NCBI GenBank assembly: GCA_964363305.1
Contig: CAYIHX010000015.1
Span: 1,173-65,172 of the forward strand
Direction: 5' to 3'
Source of the DNA: an uncultured Bacteriovoracaceae bacterium
GTDB lineage: Bacteria > Bdellovibrionota > UBA1018
Length of the DNA: 64,000 bases
The notes beneath the pieces were generated by a model, which did not search any database, was not told the origin of the DNA, and saw only the letters and a list, made by a program, of their open reading frames with translations. Both the position numbers and the translations under genes were made by a program. Positions within the stretch are counted from its first letter, which is position 1, and each line of letters begins with the position of its first letter. Below are positions 29,613 through 44,366 of this stretch, piece after piece.

Positions 29613-29990
29613 ATGGAAAATCAGCATCAAAAATGGGTCAATCTCAGTCTCGTTGCTGCAGGCGTGTTGCTTGCGTATATTTTTTACGAGCTCGTGATGC
29701 GCCTTGTAGCGGCATATGATCTTGAGACGCGTGTGCGGGAAATTGATTTTGTCGTTCAGGTCGGAGCCATCGGCTTAGGTGCGGTGACGGGGTTGGTGTT
29801 TCGGTACTTGGTGCCGCAGGCCAATCAGTTCCTGAATGAGGTTGTAGAGGAGCTTTCGCGAGTCACTTGGCCGACACAGAAGGAGACTTCTTCGGCTACG
29901 GTCGTAGTGATTATCATGGTTCTTCTCTCTGGGTTGATTCTGGGTGCATTTGACTATCTTTGGACCCGGGTGGTTCAGTGGGTCCTGTAG
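29613..29990 (+). CDS. secE: Preprotein translocase subunit SecE
   Basis: 125 aa with TM helices, positioned between tRNA-Trp and nusG. Confidence 0.8.
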   Translation: MENQHQKWVNLSLVAAGVLLAYIFYELVMRLVAAYDLETRVREIDFVVQVGAIGLGAVTGLVFRYLVPQANQFLNEVVEELSRVTWPTQKETSSATVVVIIMVLLSGLILGAFDYLWTRVVQWVL

Positions 29991-30018
29991 TTTGCTTGCA
30001 AGATAAGGAGTTTACGTC

Positions 30019-30576
30019 ATGACGGAAGCCAATCCCGAACCACAGAGTGAGATGTCGTGGTATGTGGTGCACACCTATTCTGGCTATGAAAATAAGGCCA
30101 AATTGGCACTTGAGGACCGGATTAAGACTCACAAAAAGGAGCCTTTTTTTAGTGAGGTCATTGTCCCCGAGGAGAATGTTGTTGAGCTCGTCAAGGGTCA
30201 GAAGAAAACGACGAAGCGTCGCTTCTTTCCAGGGTACATCCTTGTGAAGATGATTTTGACCGACGAAACCTGGCACATTGTTAAAAACACCCCCAAAATT
30301 ACTGGCTTTGTCGGCGACAAGGTTCGTCCGGTTCCGGTTCCGGAGTCGGAAGTTCAGAAGATGACGAATCGTATAGCAGAGGGGCAGGTTAAGCCGCGTC
30401 CGCGCGTTTCATTTACTGAGGGTGAGAATGTTCGGGTGGTGGACGGGCCGTTTGCAAACTTTAATGGCACGGTTGAAGACGTCAATCCAGACAAGGGCAA
30501 GGTAAAGGTGCTAGTGAGTATCTTCGGTCGGTCGACACCGGTGGAGCTCGATTTTATTCAGGTTGAAAAGATCTAA
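30019..30576 (+). CDS. nusG: Transcription termination/antitermination factor NusG
   Basis: NGN domain (WYVVHTYSGYENKAKLALEDRI) and KOW (KVKVLVSIFGRSTPVELDFIQVEKI). Confidence 0.95.
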   Translation: MTEANPEPQSEMSWYVVHTYSGYENKAKLALEDRIKTHKKEPFFSEVIVPEENVVELVKGQKKTTKRRFFPGYILVKMILTDETWHIVKNTPKITGFVGDKVRPVPVPESEVQKMTNRIAEGQVKPRPRVSFTEGENVRVVDGPFANFNGTVEDVNPDKGKVKVLVSIFGRSTPVELDFIQVEKI

Positions 30577-30601
30577 ATTAGCGTGTTAACGGGAGCCGCT
30601 T

Positions 30602-31024
30602 ATGGCGAAAAAAGTTACAGGTCAGATTAAGTTGCAGATTCCAGGTGGACAGGCCAATCCGGCCCCGCCTGTTGGCCCAGCACTCGGTCAGCGTGGTGTT
30701 AACATCATGGAGTTCTGTAAAGCATTCAATGCTCGAACGCAGGACCAGAAGGGTACCGTGATTCCGGTGATTATCACCGTCTATTCGGATCGCTCTTTTA
30801 CCTTCATTACGAAGACTCCTCCTGCCTCGGTTTTGTTGTTTAAGGCAGCGAAAGTAGAGAAGGGATCTGGCGAGCCTAATAAGAAAAAGGCTGGTCAGGT
30901 CACCAAGAAGCAGGTCGAAGAGATTGCAAAACTCAAGATGCCTGATTTGAATGCAGGCAGTGTTGAGGCAGCGATGCGGACGATTGAAGGTACCGCGCGT
31001 AGTGCAGGTATTACGGTCGTATAA
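30602..31024 (+). CDS. rplK: 50S ribosomal protein L11
   Basis: [44 protein letters not shown]. Confidence 0.97.
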   Translation: MAKKVTGQIKLQIPGGQANPAPPVGPALGQRGVNIMEFCKAFNARTQDQKGTVIPVIITVYSDRSFTFITKTPPASVLLFKAAKVEKGSGEPNKKKAGQVTKKQVEEIAKLKMPDLNAGSVEAAMRTIEGTARSAGITVV

Positions 31025-31088
31025 ATCAATTCAAACAAAAAGTGGGAGTTCGGGCTTGTACCGAACGCTTGAACCACGGAGGACGGAT

Positions 31089-31823
31089 ATGGGCGACAGC
31101 TCAAAGAAGACAAAGGGTCGTAATACAAAGAAATATGCGATCGCCCAGGCAAAGATTAAGGTGGGACATCCTTATTCCGTGAAAGAGGCGTTTAGTCTGA
31201 TTCCGGAAGTTGCCTTTGCAAAGTTTGACGAGACTGTGGACGTTGCTTTCAGTCTGGGTGTGGATCCTAAGCATGCTGACCAGATGGTTCGTGGTGCCTT
31301 GGTTCTTCCGCACGGTACCGGAAAAAAAGTTCGGATTGCCGTTCTAGCCAAGGGAGACAAGGCTCGTGAGGCCGAAGCGGCTGGGGCTGATACTGTGGGT
31401 TCTGAGGATCTCATCGAGAAGATCACCGGTGGTTGGCTGGATTTTGATAAAATGATCGCGACCCCTGATCAAATGGTTGCTCTCTCGAAGGTAGCTAAGA
31501 TTCTCGGTCCTCGGGGACTCATGCCGAACCCTAAGACGGGGACGGTGACGATGGATGTAGCGAAGGCCGTGAAGGACCAGAAGCTTGGCAAGGTGGATTA
31601 CCGCACCGAGAAGACGGGCATTATTCACGTTGTTATTGGCAAAAAATCTTTCGGTGCCGAGAAACTGATCGAAAATTTTCTTGCGATTGCAAACGCCATC
31701 ATACGTGCGAAGCCGCCGACCAGCAAAGGTGCGTACATGAGGAATGTCGTGGTTTCGGCCACGATGAGCCCAGGGATCAAGGTTGATTCGGCTGATATTT
31801 TATCCGCAACTGGCAACGGTTAA
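31089..31823 (+). CDS. rplA: 50S ribosomal protein L1
   Basis: Start at ATG 31089 ([23 protein letters not shown]...). The ORF-track upstream extension 30951-31088 was rejected. Confidence 0.95.
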   Translation: MGDSSKKTKGRNTKKYAIAQAKIKVGHPYSVKEAFSLIPEVAFAKFDETVDVAFSLGVDPKHADQMVRGALVLPHGTGKKVRIAVLAKGDKAREAEAAGADTVGSEDLIEKITGGWLDFDKMIATPDQMVALSKVAKILGPRGLMPNPKTGTVTMDVAKAVKDQKLGKVDYRTEKTGIIHVVIGKKSFGAEKLIENFLAIANAIIRAKPPTSKGAYMRNVVVSATMSPGIKVDSADILSATGNG

Positions 31824-31840
31824 TCAGGAGTAGGTGAATT

Positions 31841-32368
31841 ATGAATCGCGACACTAAAGTCGAAATGACGAAGGCGCTCAAAGACAAATTCTCCAGGGCA
31901 AAAGTCGCTATTTTTGCCGACTACAAGGGGCTGAAGTCGTCGCAGGCGGACGAGCTTCGGCGAGCTTTGCGGACGACTCAGACCGAAGTGAAGGTTCTGA
32001 AAAATAATATTGCCCGCCTCGTGATGAAGGATGGGTCGCCAGATCAAAAGCTGGTGGTTGACGCCACGGTTGGCCCAACCTTAGTAGCGTTTGCTTATGG
32101 CGACATGGCAAACGCGGCCAAGGTGATGGCCAAGTTTGCGAAGGAAAATGAGGCGCTCAAGCTGAAGGATAGCTTGATGGGTGATCGTCGAATTAACGTC
32201 GCAGAGGTGAATGAGCTCGCAAGTCTCCCCCCTCGTGAGGTTTTGTTGGCGAAAGTGTTGGGCACGATGATCGCGCCCGTCAGTAGTTTTGTGGGTGTTC
32301 TTGCTGCGGTTCCGCGAAGTCTGGTCACGGTTCTGTCTGCAATTGAAAAAAAGAAAACCAATTCCTGA
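31841..32368 (+). CDS. rplJ: 50S ribosomal protein L10
   Basis: 175 aa, typical L10, position in cluster. Confidence 0.95.
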   Translation: MNRDTKVEMTKALKDKFSRAKVAIFADYKGLKSSQADELRRALRTTQTEVKVLKNNIARLVMKDGSPDQKLVVDATVGPTLVAFAYGDMANAAKVMAKFAKENEALKLKDSLMGDRRINVAEVNELASLPPREVLLAKVLGTMIAPVSSFVGVLAAVPRSLVTVLSAIEKKKTNS

Positions 32369-32506
32369 GCGTAGGTGCAACGCACTTAGGTTTGGATTCG
32401 ACTAGTGACCAGGAAAGTGACTAGGGAATGAAGATCGACGATGTCGGTCTCAACGCTTTGAGGTTAGGAAGGCCGAGAGCGAAAGAAGTAGGGTGAGGTA
32501 ATTAAG

Positions 32507-32884
32507 ATGTCGGCTATTACTAAAGAAAACGTAGTTTCGTTTATCGAAAACATGAGTGTACTCGAGTTGTCTCAGCTCGTGAAGGAGCTGGAACAGAAGT
32601 TCGGTGTCTCGGCTGCGGCTCCAGTTGCGGTCATGGCTGGAGGCGCTGCTGGCGCTGCTGCTGCTGAAGTGAAGACTGAATTCACTGTTGTTCTCGCCGC
32701 GGCGGGTGACAAGAAGATCAACGTCATCAAGGTGGTTCGCGAACTTACGGGTCTGGGCCTGAAGGAAGCGAAGGATCTGGTCGAGGCTGCTCCGAAGGCT
32801 GTGAAGGAAGGCATTTCAAAGGCAGATGCGGAAGAAATGAAGCGGAAGCTTGAAGGCGAAGGCGCTAAGGTCGAGCTGAAGTAG
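32507..32884 (+). CDS. rplL: 50S ribosomal protein L7/L12
   Basis: Ala-rich hinge and C-terminal [28 protein letters not shown]. Confidence 0.97.
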   Translation: MSAITKENVVSFIENMSVLELSQLVKELEQKFGVSAAAPVAVMAGGAAGAAAAEVKTEFTVVLAAAGDKKINVIKVVRELTGLGLKEAKDLVEAAPKAVKEGISKADAEEMKRKLEGEGAKVELK

Positions 32885-32904
32885 GTGATTGTACGTTTTG
32901 ATCG

Positions 32905-32941
32905 CAGACCTGGAGCACCGGGAGCCGACGCTCCCGGTCTG
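32905..32941 (+). promoter_or_regulatory. Stable hairpin in the rplL-rpoB intergenic region (candidate attenuator)
   Basis: CAGA-[bulge]-CCGGGAGC-cgac-GCTCCCGG-TCTG. Position is analogous to the known rplL-rpoB attenuator of other bacteria. No clear U-tract follows. Confidence 0.3.
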
Positions 32942-33150
32942 CGACTCTTGGCGTCATCCTCCTCTTTGTAGTTTCTGCAAGAAAAATACCGCAAAGGTCT
33001 TGTCATACCTGAAAAAATGGGTAGTCTCGGCCGTCGCGGGTGAAATCCAAAGTTTTGTCTTGATTTTGATCGTCTGGGGGTCAGTTAACTTCTTCCGAAG
33101 GTAGCTGGCTTGTTCGCGCGTTTGTATTGAGCGCTCTCTAAGGAGTCAGC

Positions 33151-36100
33151 ATGCCTAGTTTTTTCTCTGAGAATCGTCGTATTCGGAAAGAATTTTCTCG
33201 AATCGCAACCCCGGTAGAAATTCCGAATCTGATTGAGCTTCAGAGAAAATCCTACGAAAAATTCCTTCAGGCTGAAGTGCCGCCGCAAAAGCGAGACAGT
33301 TCTGGTTTGCAGGCGGTCTTTAAGTCGGTGTTTCCGATTGAAGACTTTAATAAGACTGCGTCGCTCGAATTTGAGAGCTATACTTTGGAGCGTCCAAAGT
33401 ACGATGTCGGTGAGTGTCGGCAGCGAGGAATGACCTTTGCCGCACCGTTGAAGATTACGGTTCGCTTGGTCGTGTACGATGTTGATGAGGAAGCTGGTAC
33501 TCGCAATATCCGCGATATTAAAGAGCAAGAAGTGTACATGGGGGAAATTCCCCTGATGACTGAGGCTGGTTCCTTTATCATTAATGGGACTGAGCGTGTC
33601 ATCGTCAGTCAGTTGCATCGCTCGCCTGGTGTTATTTTTGATCACGACCAGGGAAAGAGTCATTCCAGTGGAAAAATTCTCTATTCCGCTCGGGTGATTC
33701 CGCATCGCGGTTCTTGGCTTGATTTTGAGTTTGACCATAAGGACATTCTCCATGCTCGCATCGATCGGAAGCGGAAGCTTCCGGCGACTATTCTTTTGCG
33801 TGCAATCGGAATGACCACAGAAGAGGTGCTGAAGTACTTCTATCGAACCGAGCGCATCGTTCTGGAAGCGAATGCGAAATTTTCTAAGATGGTTGACCTT
33901 GAGATTCTCTCGGGTCAGCGTGCCGAGGACGATATCGTCGACCCGAAATCGGGCGAGGTGATCGTTCGTAAAAATCGCAAGTTCACCAAAGCTGTGGTGA
34001 AGAAGATTGAAGAAGCTGGGATCAAGAAGCTCGAAGTGCCGATCGAGGCTGTTGTCGGGCGCGTGGCCTGCGAAGATTTGGTTGATAAGAAAACCGGCGA
34101 AGTTCTCGTTGAATGTAACGAGGAGTTGACCGAGGCGAAGTACGAGGTACTGCGCGGTAAGGGGATCAAGGAAGTGAAGGTCATCTTCACTGATAATCTG
34201 ACCCATGGTCCTTTTGTTCGAGATACGCTTTCGCTGGATAAGATCAATACACCTGAAGAGGCTTTGATCGAGATTTACAAGCGGATGCGCCCTGGTGATC
34301 CACCGACTGTTGAGGCGGCTAAGCAGCTGTTTGAGAACCTCTTTTTCAACCCAGAGAGATACGATCTCTCGAAGGTGGGTCGGCTCAAGTTGAACTATAA
34401 GTTCCCTGAGAACAACCTGCCTACGGATTGTTTGATTTTGACGAAGGAAGACATTCTTTCGACGTTGTATTACCTCTGCGAGCTGAATAATGGGCGCGGA
34501 ACGATCGATGATATCGATCACCTGGGTAATCGACGGGTTCGGCCGGTCGGCGAGTTGATTGAGAACCAGTACCGTATTGGGTTGGTTCGCATGGAGCGCG
34601 CGATTAAAGAGCGCATGAGCATTCAGGAAATTGAAACACTGATGCCACATGATCTCATTAACCAGAAGCCGGTATCGGCTGTGGTGAAGGAGTTCTTTGG
34701 TTCGAGTCAGCTTTCTCAGTTCATGGATCAGACGAATCCGCTCTCCGAAGTGACGCACAAGCGTCGGCTTTCGGCCCTTGGGCCCGGCGGCCTGACTCGA
34801 GAGCGTGCGGGCTTCGAGGTTCGCGACGTGCACAACACGCACTATGGTCGGATTTGCCCGATTGAGACCCCTGAAGGTCCGAACATCGGTTTGATCGCGA
34901 GTCTTTCGACTTATGCTCGGGTAAACGAGTTCGGCTTTATTGAGACGCCTTACCGAGTGATTGATGCTCGGAAAGTATCGGATGAGATTCGTTTCTTCAC
35001 TGCGACAGAAGAAGAGAACAAGATCATCGCGCAGGTTTCCCCAGAGGCGTTGCGTTCGAAAAAGCTACCAGATCATGCGATCGATGCTCGCCGTCGTGGT
35101 GAGTATGCGCTCGTTAATCCTGACGAAATTGAGTTGATGGACGTATCCCCCAATCAGCTCGTTTCGATCGCGGCATCCTTGATTCCTTTTTTGGAGCACG
35201 ACGACGCAAATCGAGCTCTCATGGGTTCGAACATGCAGCGCCAGGCAGTTCCACTATTGCGTACTCATGCGCCGTTAGTCGGAACAGGGATTGAGCGCGT
35301 GGTGGCACGCGACTCAGGTCAGATTATTGTGAATCGCCATGAAGGTGATGTCATTATGGTTGATGGCACCAAGATTGTGGTGCGGCGTTCGAAGAGTGCG
35401 ATCGAGGAGTCGGATGTCGACATCTACAATCTCACTAAATATCAGCGTTCCAATCAGAATACCTGTATCACCCAGCGTCCGGTCGTAAAGGTCGGGGAGA
35501 AGGTGAGGGCTGGTGATATTCTGGCGGATGGTCCTGGGACAGACGCGGGTGAGCTCGCGTTGGGCCAGAATATCCTCGTCGCGTTCATGCCTTGGCAGGG
35601 ATATAATTTCGAAGATTCGATCTTGATCTCGGAACGTTTGATCAAGGAAGACACCTTCACTTCGATTCACATTGAAGAGTTTGAGTGTGTCGCTCGCGAT
35701 ACCAAGCTCGGCAAAGAAGATATCACTCGTGATATTCCGAATGTCGGAGAGGAGGCTCTGAAGGATCTTGATCAGAGCGGAATTATTCGAATTGGCGCGG
35801 AAGTGAAGCCGGGCGATATCTTGGTGGGTAAAGTAACGCCTAAGGGCGAGACCCAGCTTTCTCCCGAGGAGAAGCTTTTGCGGGCGATCTTTGGTGAGAA
35901 GGCCGGAGATGTACGGGACACTTCGCTTCGCGTTCCGTCTGGGGTGCAGGGAATTGTCATTAACGCTCAGGTTTTTGCTCGTGAAGGGACTGAGCCTGAC
36001 GAGCGGACTAAGTCGATTCTTGAAGAGCACATTGCGAAGATTCGACGCGACGAAAAGATTGAAATCGATGCAATTCGTGTTTCGTCTCTGAACAAGATTG

Positions 36101-37278
36101 GTGGCCTCCTCGATGGTGCTGTGACGACAGGGAAGCTTCTTTCGGAGGACGGCTCGGAAGAAATTCTGAAGAAGTCCCAGAAGCTTGACCGGAGCATCCT
36201 AGAAGGCATTTCTTTTGATCTTTTGGCCTTTATTCCTGTGAAGGATGACCTGGAAGAACAGGTCACCGCGATCATGAAGAAGGCGAAGGAGAAGATTGAA
36301 GCCATTCGGTACGTGTTCAAGGAGAAGACGGATAAGCTGAAGCGGGGCGATGAGCTTGCTCCAGGCGTTATCAAGATGGTGAAGGTGCAGATCGCCATTA
36401 AACGACGGCTGCAAGTCGGCGATAAAATGGCAGGACGACACGGAAACAAGGGGGTAATTTCCCGCATTGTTCCCGCTGAAGACATGCCTTTTATGGCCAA
36501 CGGAACACCGGTAGATATGGTGCTGAATCCGTTGGGCGTTCCTTCTCGAATGAATATTGGGCAGTTGCTTGAAGTGATGTTGGGTTGGGCTGCGTGGGGT
36601 GTGGGCGAGAAGGTTCAGGCCTATCTCGAGCAATTCCAGCCGGAAAAGCTGCGAAAGGTCCTCAAAGAGACCTACGCAAACGTCGAGCTTGATAAGTATA
36701 TTGATAAGGCTTCGGATGATGAGATCAAGAAGATGGCGCAGTTTCTCAAGAGGGGCGTCCATTTTGCAACTCCGGTATTCGATGGGGCGACGGAAGAAGA
36801 CATCACTCGAATGTTGAAGACGGCAGATCTTCCGGAACGTGGGCAAGCCATTTTGTTCGACGGCATTTCGGGCGAGGCATTTACTGAAGAGGTCACTGTT
36901 GGGGTGATGTATATGCTTAAGCTTCACCATCTGGTTGAAGAGAAGATTCATGCACGGAGCATCGGTCCATACAGCTTGGTTACTCAGCAGCCGTTGGGCG
37001 GCAAGGCGCAGTTCGGCGGTCAGCGGCTTGGGGAAATGGAAGTCTGGGCGCTCGAAGCTTACGGCGCGGCATATGCTCTTCAGGAGTTTCTGACTGTGAA
37101 GTCGGATGACGTCACCGGACGGAATCGAATGTACGAGGCAATTGTAAAGGGCGAACAGATTCTTGAACCGGGTCTGCCCGAGTCTTTCAACGTTTTGATT
37201 AAGGAACTTCAAAGCTTGGCTTTGAATGTGGAATTGATTGAAGACGATGAAAAGGAACTCAAAGGATCGGTTCTTTAA
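33151..37278 (+). CDS. rpoB: DNA-directed RNA polymerase subunit beta
   Basis: 1375 aa, canonical throughout. Confidence 0.99.
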   Translation: MPSFFSENRRIRKEFSRIATPVEIPNLIELQRKSYEKFLQAEVPPQKRDSSGLQAVFKSVFPIEDFNKTASLEFESYTLERPKYDVGECRQRGMTFAAPLKITVRLVVYDVDEEAGTRNIRDIKEQEVYMGEIPLMTEAGSFIINGTERVIVSQLHRSPGVIFDHDQGKSHSSGKILYSARVIPHRGSWLDFEFDHKDILHARIDRKRKLPATILLRAIGMTTEEVLKYFYRTERIVLEANAKFSKMVDLEILSGQRAEDDIVDPKSGEVIVRKNRKFTKAVVKKIEEAGIKKLEVPIEAVVGRVACEDLVDKKTGEVLVECNEELTEAKYEVLRGKGIKEVKVIFTDNLTHGPFVRDTLSLDKINTPEEALIEIYKRMRPGDPPTVEAAKQLFENLFFNPERYDLSKVGRLKLNYKFPENNLPTDCLILTKEDILSTLYYLCELNNGRGTIDDIDHLGNRRVRPVGELIENQYRIGLVRMERAIKERMSIQEIETLMPHDLINQKPVSAVVKEFFGSSQLSQFMDQTNPLSEVTHKRRLSALGPGGLTRERAGFEVRDVHNTHYGRICPIETPEGPNIGLIASLSTYARVNEFGFIETPYRVIDARKVSDEIRFFTATEEENKIIAQVSPEALRSKKLPDHAIDARRRGEYALVNPDEIELMDVSPNQLVSIAASLIPFLEHDDANRALMGSNMQRQAVPLLRTHAPLVGTGIERVVARDSGQIIVNRHEGDVIMVDGTKIVVRRSKSAIEESDVDIYNLTKYQRSNQNTCITQRPVVKVGEKVRAGDILADGPGTDAGELALGQNILVAFMPWQGYNFEDSILISERLIKEDTFTSIHIEEFECVARDTKLGKEDITRDIPNVGEEALKDLDQSGIIRIGAEVKPGDILVGKVTPKGETQLSPEEKLLRAIFGEKAGDVRDTSLRVPSGVQGIVINAQVFAREGTEPDERTKSILEEHIAKIRRDEKIEIDAIRVSSLNKIGGLLDGAVTTGKLLSEDGSEEILKKSQKLDRSILEGISFDLLAFIPVKDDLEEQVTAIMKKAKEKIEAIRYVFKEKTDKLKRGDELAPGVIKMVKVQIAIKRRLQVGDKMAGRHGNKGVISRIVPAEDMPFMANGTPVDMVLNPLGVPSRMNIGQLLEVMLGWAAWGVGEKVQAYLEQFQPEKLRKVLKETYANVELDKYIDKASDDEIKKMAQFLKRGVHFATPVFDGATEEDITRMLKTADLPERGQAILFDGISGEAFTEEVTVGVMYMLKLHHLVEEKIHARSIGPYSLVTQQPLGGKAQFGGQRLGEMEVWALEAYGAAYALQEFLTVKSDDVTGRNRMYEAIVKGEQILEPGLPESFNVLIKELQSLALNVELIEDDEKELKGSVL

Positions 37279-37296
37279 GAATCACGCGAAGAGGGA

Positions 37297-41448
<4,152 letters not shown>

Positions 41449-41551
41449 TCTCGGTCCCAGATAATAGTAGAGGTGATCTGGGTCGTTCGGTAGATATCGA
41501 GCGGCCCGGAAAATAAAAGCAGAACAAGGTTCCAGGTTCGGTTTTTAAATC

Positions 41552-41626
41552 GGGCGCATAGCTCAGTGGTAGAGCAGGGTCTTTACACGGCCAAGGTCCA
41601 AGGTTCAATCCCTTGTGCGCCCACCA
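41552..41626 (+). tRNA. tRNA, most likely tRNA-Val (anticodon UAC)
   Basis: Acceptor GGGCGCA/TGCGCCC; D-arm GCTC-agtggta-GAGC; anticodon arm GGGTC-ttTACac-GGCCA (one G.A mismatch at 27-43); T-arm CAAGG-ttcaatc-CCTTG; CCA encoded. Confidence 0.75.
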
Positions 41627-41632
41627 TTTTCC

Positions 41633-41872
41633 ATGCGAAGTATGCAGCTTGATCCCTTCATAAGAGCGCGTCTCCTGCGGTTCATCGATGACTTCCGGCA
41701 TCGGCATGGGCAACTCCCCACTCTACAGAATTTTGATGACGTCAATATCAGCCGAGATTGGGTTGAGCGAGCAGTTCGGTCTGGGTTGATTGAGAAATTT
41801 TACGTCACTTTGACCAACGGAGTGGTCGTAAAAGGCTATAAAATTAAGTACTCAAGGGCGTCCGCCATCTAA
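41633..41872 (+). CDS. Stand-alone LexA-like winged-helix DNA-binding protein (no peptidase domain)
   Basis: LDPFIRARLLRFIDDFRHRHGQLPTLQNFDDVNISRDWVERAVRSGLIE parallels the LexA N-terminal domain. ATG at 41633 used because the GTG start at 41615 in the ORF track overlaps the tRNA. Confidence 0.5.
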   Translation: MRSMQLDPFIRARLLRFIDDFRHRHGQLPTLQNFDDVNISRDWVERAVRSGLIEKFYVTLTNGVVVKGYKIKYSRASAI

Positions 41873-42004
41873 TGTGATATAATGCGTTGTGACGTGATTT
41901 TCTGTCTCTCTTTGGTAGACCTCGAGGGCAATGCGGATGGACCGCTCAAGGGAATCGTTTCTGGTAAAGAAACCTTTCCAAGGGATGGGCTTGACTCATG
42001 AGGT

Positions 42005-43711
42005 ATGGCTTGGGGATTAGAGGGTTCGATGAAGTTGAAGTTTACACATGTATTGAGCCCCACCAGTAACCTCGTATTAATGGTCTACGGCTTTTTCTCG
42101 CTCTTTCTTCTTTTTTCACCCAGTCTTTCGCAAATCGGAATGGTGGTTGCCGCCGACACGATTTCGCTTTTTTTCTTCATGTTGGTTGATCGGTATTTGT
42201 TTCTGGCTATTTTTCCGGAGGCAAGGTCGATCTTTCCTGTCTTGGATTCCACCGCGTTTGACGGCGCTATCGCAGAGTGTAGAAAGTTGATGGTGCGCTC
42301 GATCTATACATTTCCTCAAAGCAGAGCGCTCTACTTATGGACCATCAGTCTTGTTAAGGTTCTTCCTGGCGCCTGTATTGTCCTTCTGGTTTGGCCACAT
42401 GAAAATCTCGGTATCGCACTGGCGAAGATGGTATTTTTCGAGTTGTCGCTCATTACCTGCTTTTCAGTTCTGGCATTTTTTGAAATTCATGAGGTTGCTT
42501 CTTCGGTCATAGATCAGTTGTTTGCTCATACGCGAGACGCCGATGTTTTCTTGGCTGTTGAGCCGTCGGACAGTGGGTCCTCTCTCATGAAGGTCGAGGG
42601 CCTCGCTCATATCTCCGTGATGTCCCTCAGTTTTGGGTTGATGTTGACCTTGGCGATCAGCACATTTGTGGGGGAGGAGCCTACGCAGCGGGTCGGGTTT
42701 CGATTTGCAGCTCTTTTTCTATTGTCTTGTCTCGTCCTCGGTCGGCTGTTCTGCACGAATCGGATGATACAGGTGCGGGCCAATCGAGATATTTTGCACT
42801 ACTTGGGAAAAATCGATCTCAGTCGTGAAACTCCCATCTTGCCTCTTCATACGTCGGTTGAGCTGAATGCTTTACAACGGGCTTTCAACCTCATGTCTGG
42901 GCGATTGCGCGATTCTCAGGACGAGCTTTCAGATTTAATTCGTTACGAAAGTGATCAGAGCCGTTTTAGGACACTTGGAGAAGTTGCGGGCTTGGTCGTC
43001 CATGATCTCAGTTCTCCCCTTCATGTGGTCAAATATTGTACTGATTTGATTCGAGGCGATCCGCAGAAAGTGACTGACGGGACGCTTTTTTTGCGGATCG
43101 AGAGGAGCTTGGACAAGGCTGTGAACTTGGTTCAATCTCTGCGGGCCTACTTGAAAGATGGTCAGAATGGCGCGTCACTCATTCGTTTCGCTGAGGCTCA
43201 CGACTATGTTCTCCAGGTTCTGGGCTTGGAATTTCAATCGAAGCTTCCGCGGCAGTTGAATGAGGTCATCAGCGTCAGGGAAGGCGTGGGAAGTGTCGCA
43301 TTGCGTTGCTACCGGATCGACCTGATTCAAATTCTCGATAACCTTTATCGGAATAGCTTGGACAATATGATCGAGACAGGCAAAGAAACCCCTCAGATCC
43401 AGGTTGCCCTGGAAGGCGTGGGGGATGGATACGCAGTGTTGTCGCTAGAGGATTCGGGGAGTGGCTTGAGCGTGGACGATTTTGAAGCGATGACATCGGG
43501 AAAGGTGTCAAAAGGGGGGTTTAGCGATCGCCGGGCTCAAAAAGGATTGGGTCTGCGGCTGACTCGACGTTTGATTGAGAGATTGGCCGGCTCTTTGTCG
43601 GTCGTGCCAGCGAAAGATGGAGCAGCTGGAACCCGAATGTTGCTGACGTTGCCACTTGCCGATACAAAACATGAAGAAGCTAGTGCGGAGGCTGCAACGC
43701 ATGGAACATGA
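42005..43711 (+). CDS. Membrane sensor histidine kinase (multi-TM N-terminus, HisKA, HATPase)
   Basis: ~7 predicted TM helices, then the dimerisation/phosphoacceptor (HisKA) region (DQSRFRTLGEVAGLVVHDLSSPLHVV), then the ATP-binding (HATPase) region (LEDSGSGLS...GLGLRLTRRLI). Confidence 0.8.
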   Translation: MAWGLEGSMKLKFTHVLSPTSNLVLMVYGFFSLFLLFSPSLSQIGMVVAADTISLFFFMLVDRYLFLAIFPEARSIFPVLDSTAFDGAIAECRKLMVRSIYTFPQSRALYLWTISLVKVLPGACIVLLVWPHENLGIALAKMVFFELSLITCFSVLAFFEIHEVASSVIDQLFAHTRDADVFLAVEPSDSGSSLMKVEGLAHISVMSLSFGLMLTLAISTFVGEEPTQRVGFRFAALFLLSCLVLGRLFCTNRMIQVRANRDILHYLGKIDLSRETPILPLHTSVELNALQRAFNLMSGRLRDSQDELSDLIRYESDQSRFRTLGEVAGLVVHDLSSPLHVVKYCTDLIRGDPQKVTDGTLFLRIERSLDKAVNLVQSLRAYLKDGQNGASLIRFAEAHDYVLQVLGLEFQSKLPRQLNEVISVREGVGSVALRCYRIDLIQILDNLYRNSLDNMIETGKETPQIQVALEGVGDGYAVLSLEDSGSGLSVDDFEAMTSGKVSKGGFSDRRAQKGLGLRLTRRLIERLAGSLSVVPAKDGAAGTRMLLTLPLADTKHEEASAEAATHGT

Positions 43712-44366
43712 TCATTCAGTTTGGGTTCTTGATGATGAGGAAGATTGTCTCTTCGTGGCGGAGCAGAGTCTCTCAGACGCGTACAACGTGAGGACTTTTT
43801 CTTCTTTGGCCCAACTTAAAGGCGCGCTCGATCAGAATCTCGATACCTTGCCGGTCGCATTGGTCGCAGATCTGAGGTTGGCGGATGGAAATTTTCTTCA
43901 GTTCTTGGATCTAGAGGCCTCTGATTTAGCCAAAATTTTTCCGATCGTTATTACTTCTTCCCTTTATGACTCGGAAACCATCCGGGGTGGTTATCATCGT
44001 GGGAGTTATGACTATTTAGTGAAGCCTTTTCGTCCGTCTGAGCTCAAGGTCAAGGTTGAGCAGGCATCTCAGAAGTTTGTTTCTGACCGAAGTAGGCGGG
44101 TTGCAAGTCAGCTGGAGTTGACCCCAAAAGAGGCGCGACTGTTCGAGTACATGCATCGGTTTGCTCCACGGGCGGTTTCCAGACAAGAGCTCCTCGCTGA
44201 GGTTTGGGCAGATATGAAGATCCATCCGAAGACGATCGATGTTCATATTCATAACCTGAAGAAGAAAATTGTCGTGGCCGGATGGATCATCGTTTCGTCT
44301 AAACTTGGGTTTTGGTCCATCACTTCAGCAGGGAGTTCAGGGGATGGGGTGCCACCATCTTGCTGA
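43656..44366 (+). CDS. OmpR-family response regulator (REC plus winged-helix)
   Basis: REC (VWVLDDEEDCLF...VADLRLADGNF), C-terminal OmpR winged helix (RQELLAEVWADMKIHPKTIDVHIHNLKKKI). Real start probably at the internal Met at ~43701. Confidence 0.8.
   Translation: MPIQNMKKLVRRLQRMEHDHSVWVLDDEEDCLFVAEQSLSDAYNVRTFSSLAQLKGALDQNLDTLPVALVADLRLADGNFLQFLDLEASDLAKIFPIVITSSLYDSETIRGGYHRGSYDYLVKPFRPSELKVKVEQASQKFVSDRSRRVASQLELTPKEARLFEYMHRFAPRAVSRQELLAEVWADMKIHPKTIDVHIHNLKKKIVVAGWIIVSSKLGFWSITSAGSSGDGVPPSC

Noticed and set aside
33085-34842. 585-aa minus-strand ORF, plus others (33378-33602, 33915-34247, 35314-36030, 35967-36500, 36199-37212), antisense to rpoB
   Set aside because: Entirely inside the highly conserved rpoB coding frame; low-complexity, stop-poor antisense frames typical of high-GC genes; no homology features.
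41449-41551. Terminator after rpoC
   Set aside because: CCCAGAT...ATCTGGG and GAACaagGTTC inverted repeats followed by GGTTTTT are suggestive, but the loops are long and the stems short; not confident enough to list as a feature.
41615-41632. GTG start of the LexA-like ORF at 41615
   Set aside because: It overlaps the 3' acceptor/CCA of the tRNA; the downstream ATG (41633) or ATG (41642) is more plausible.
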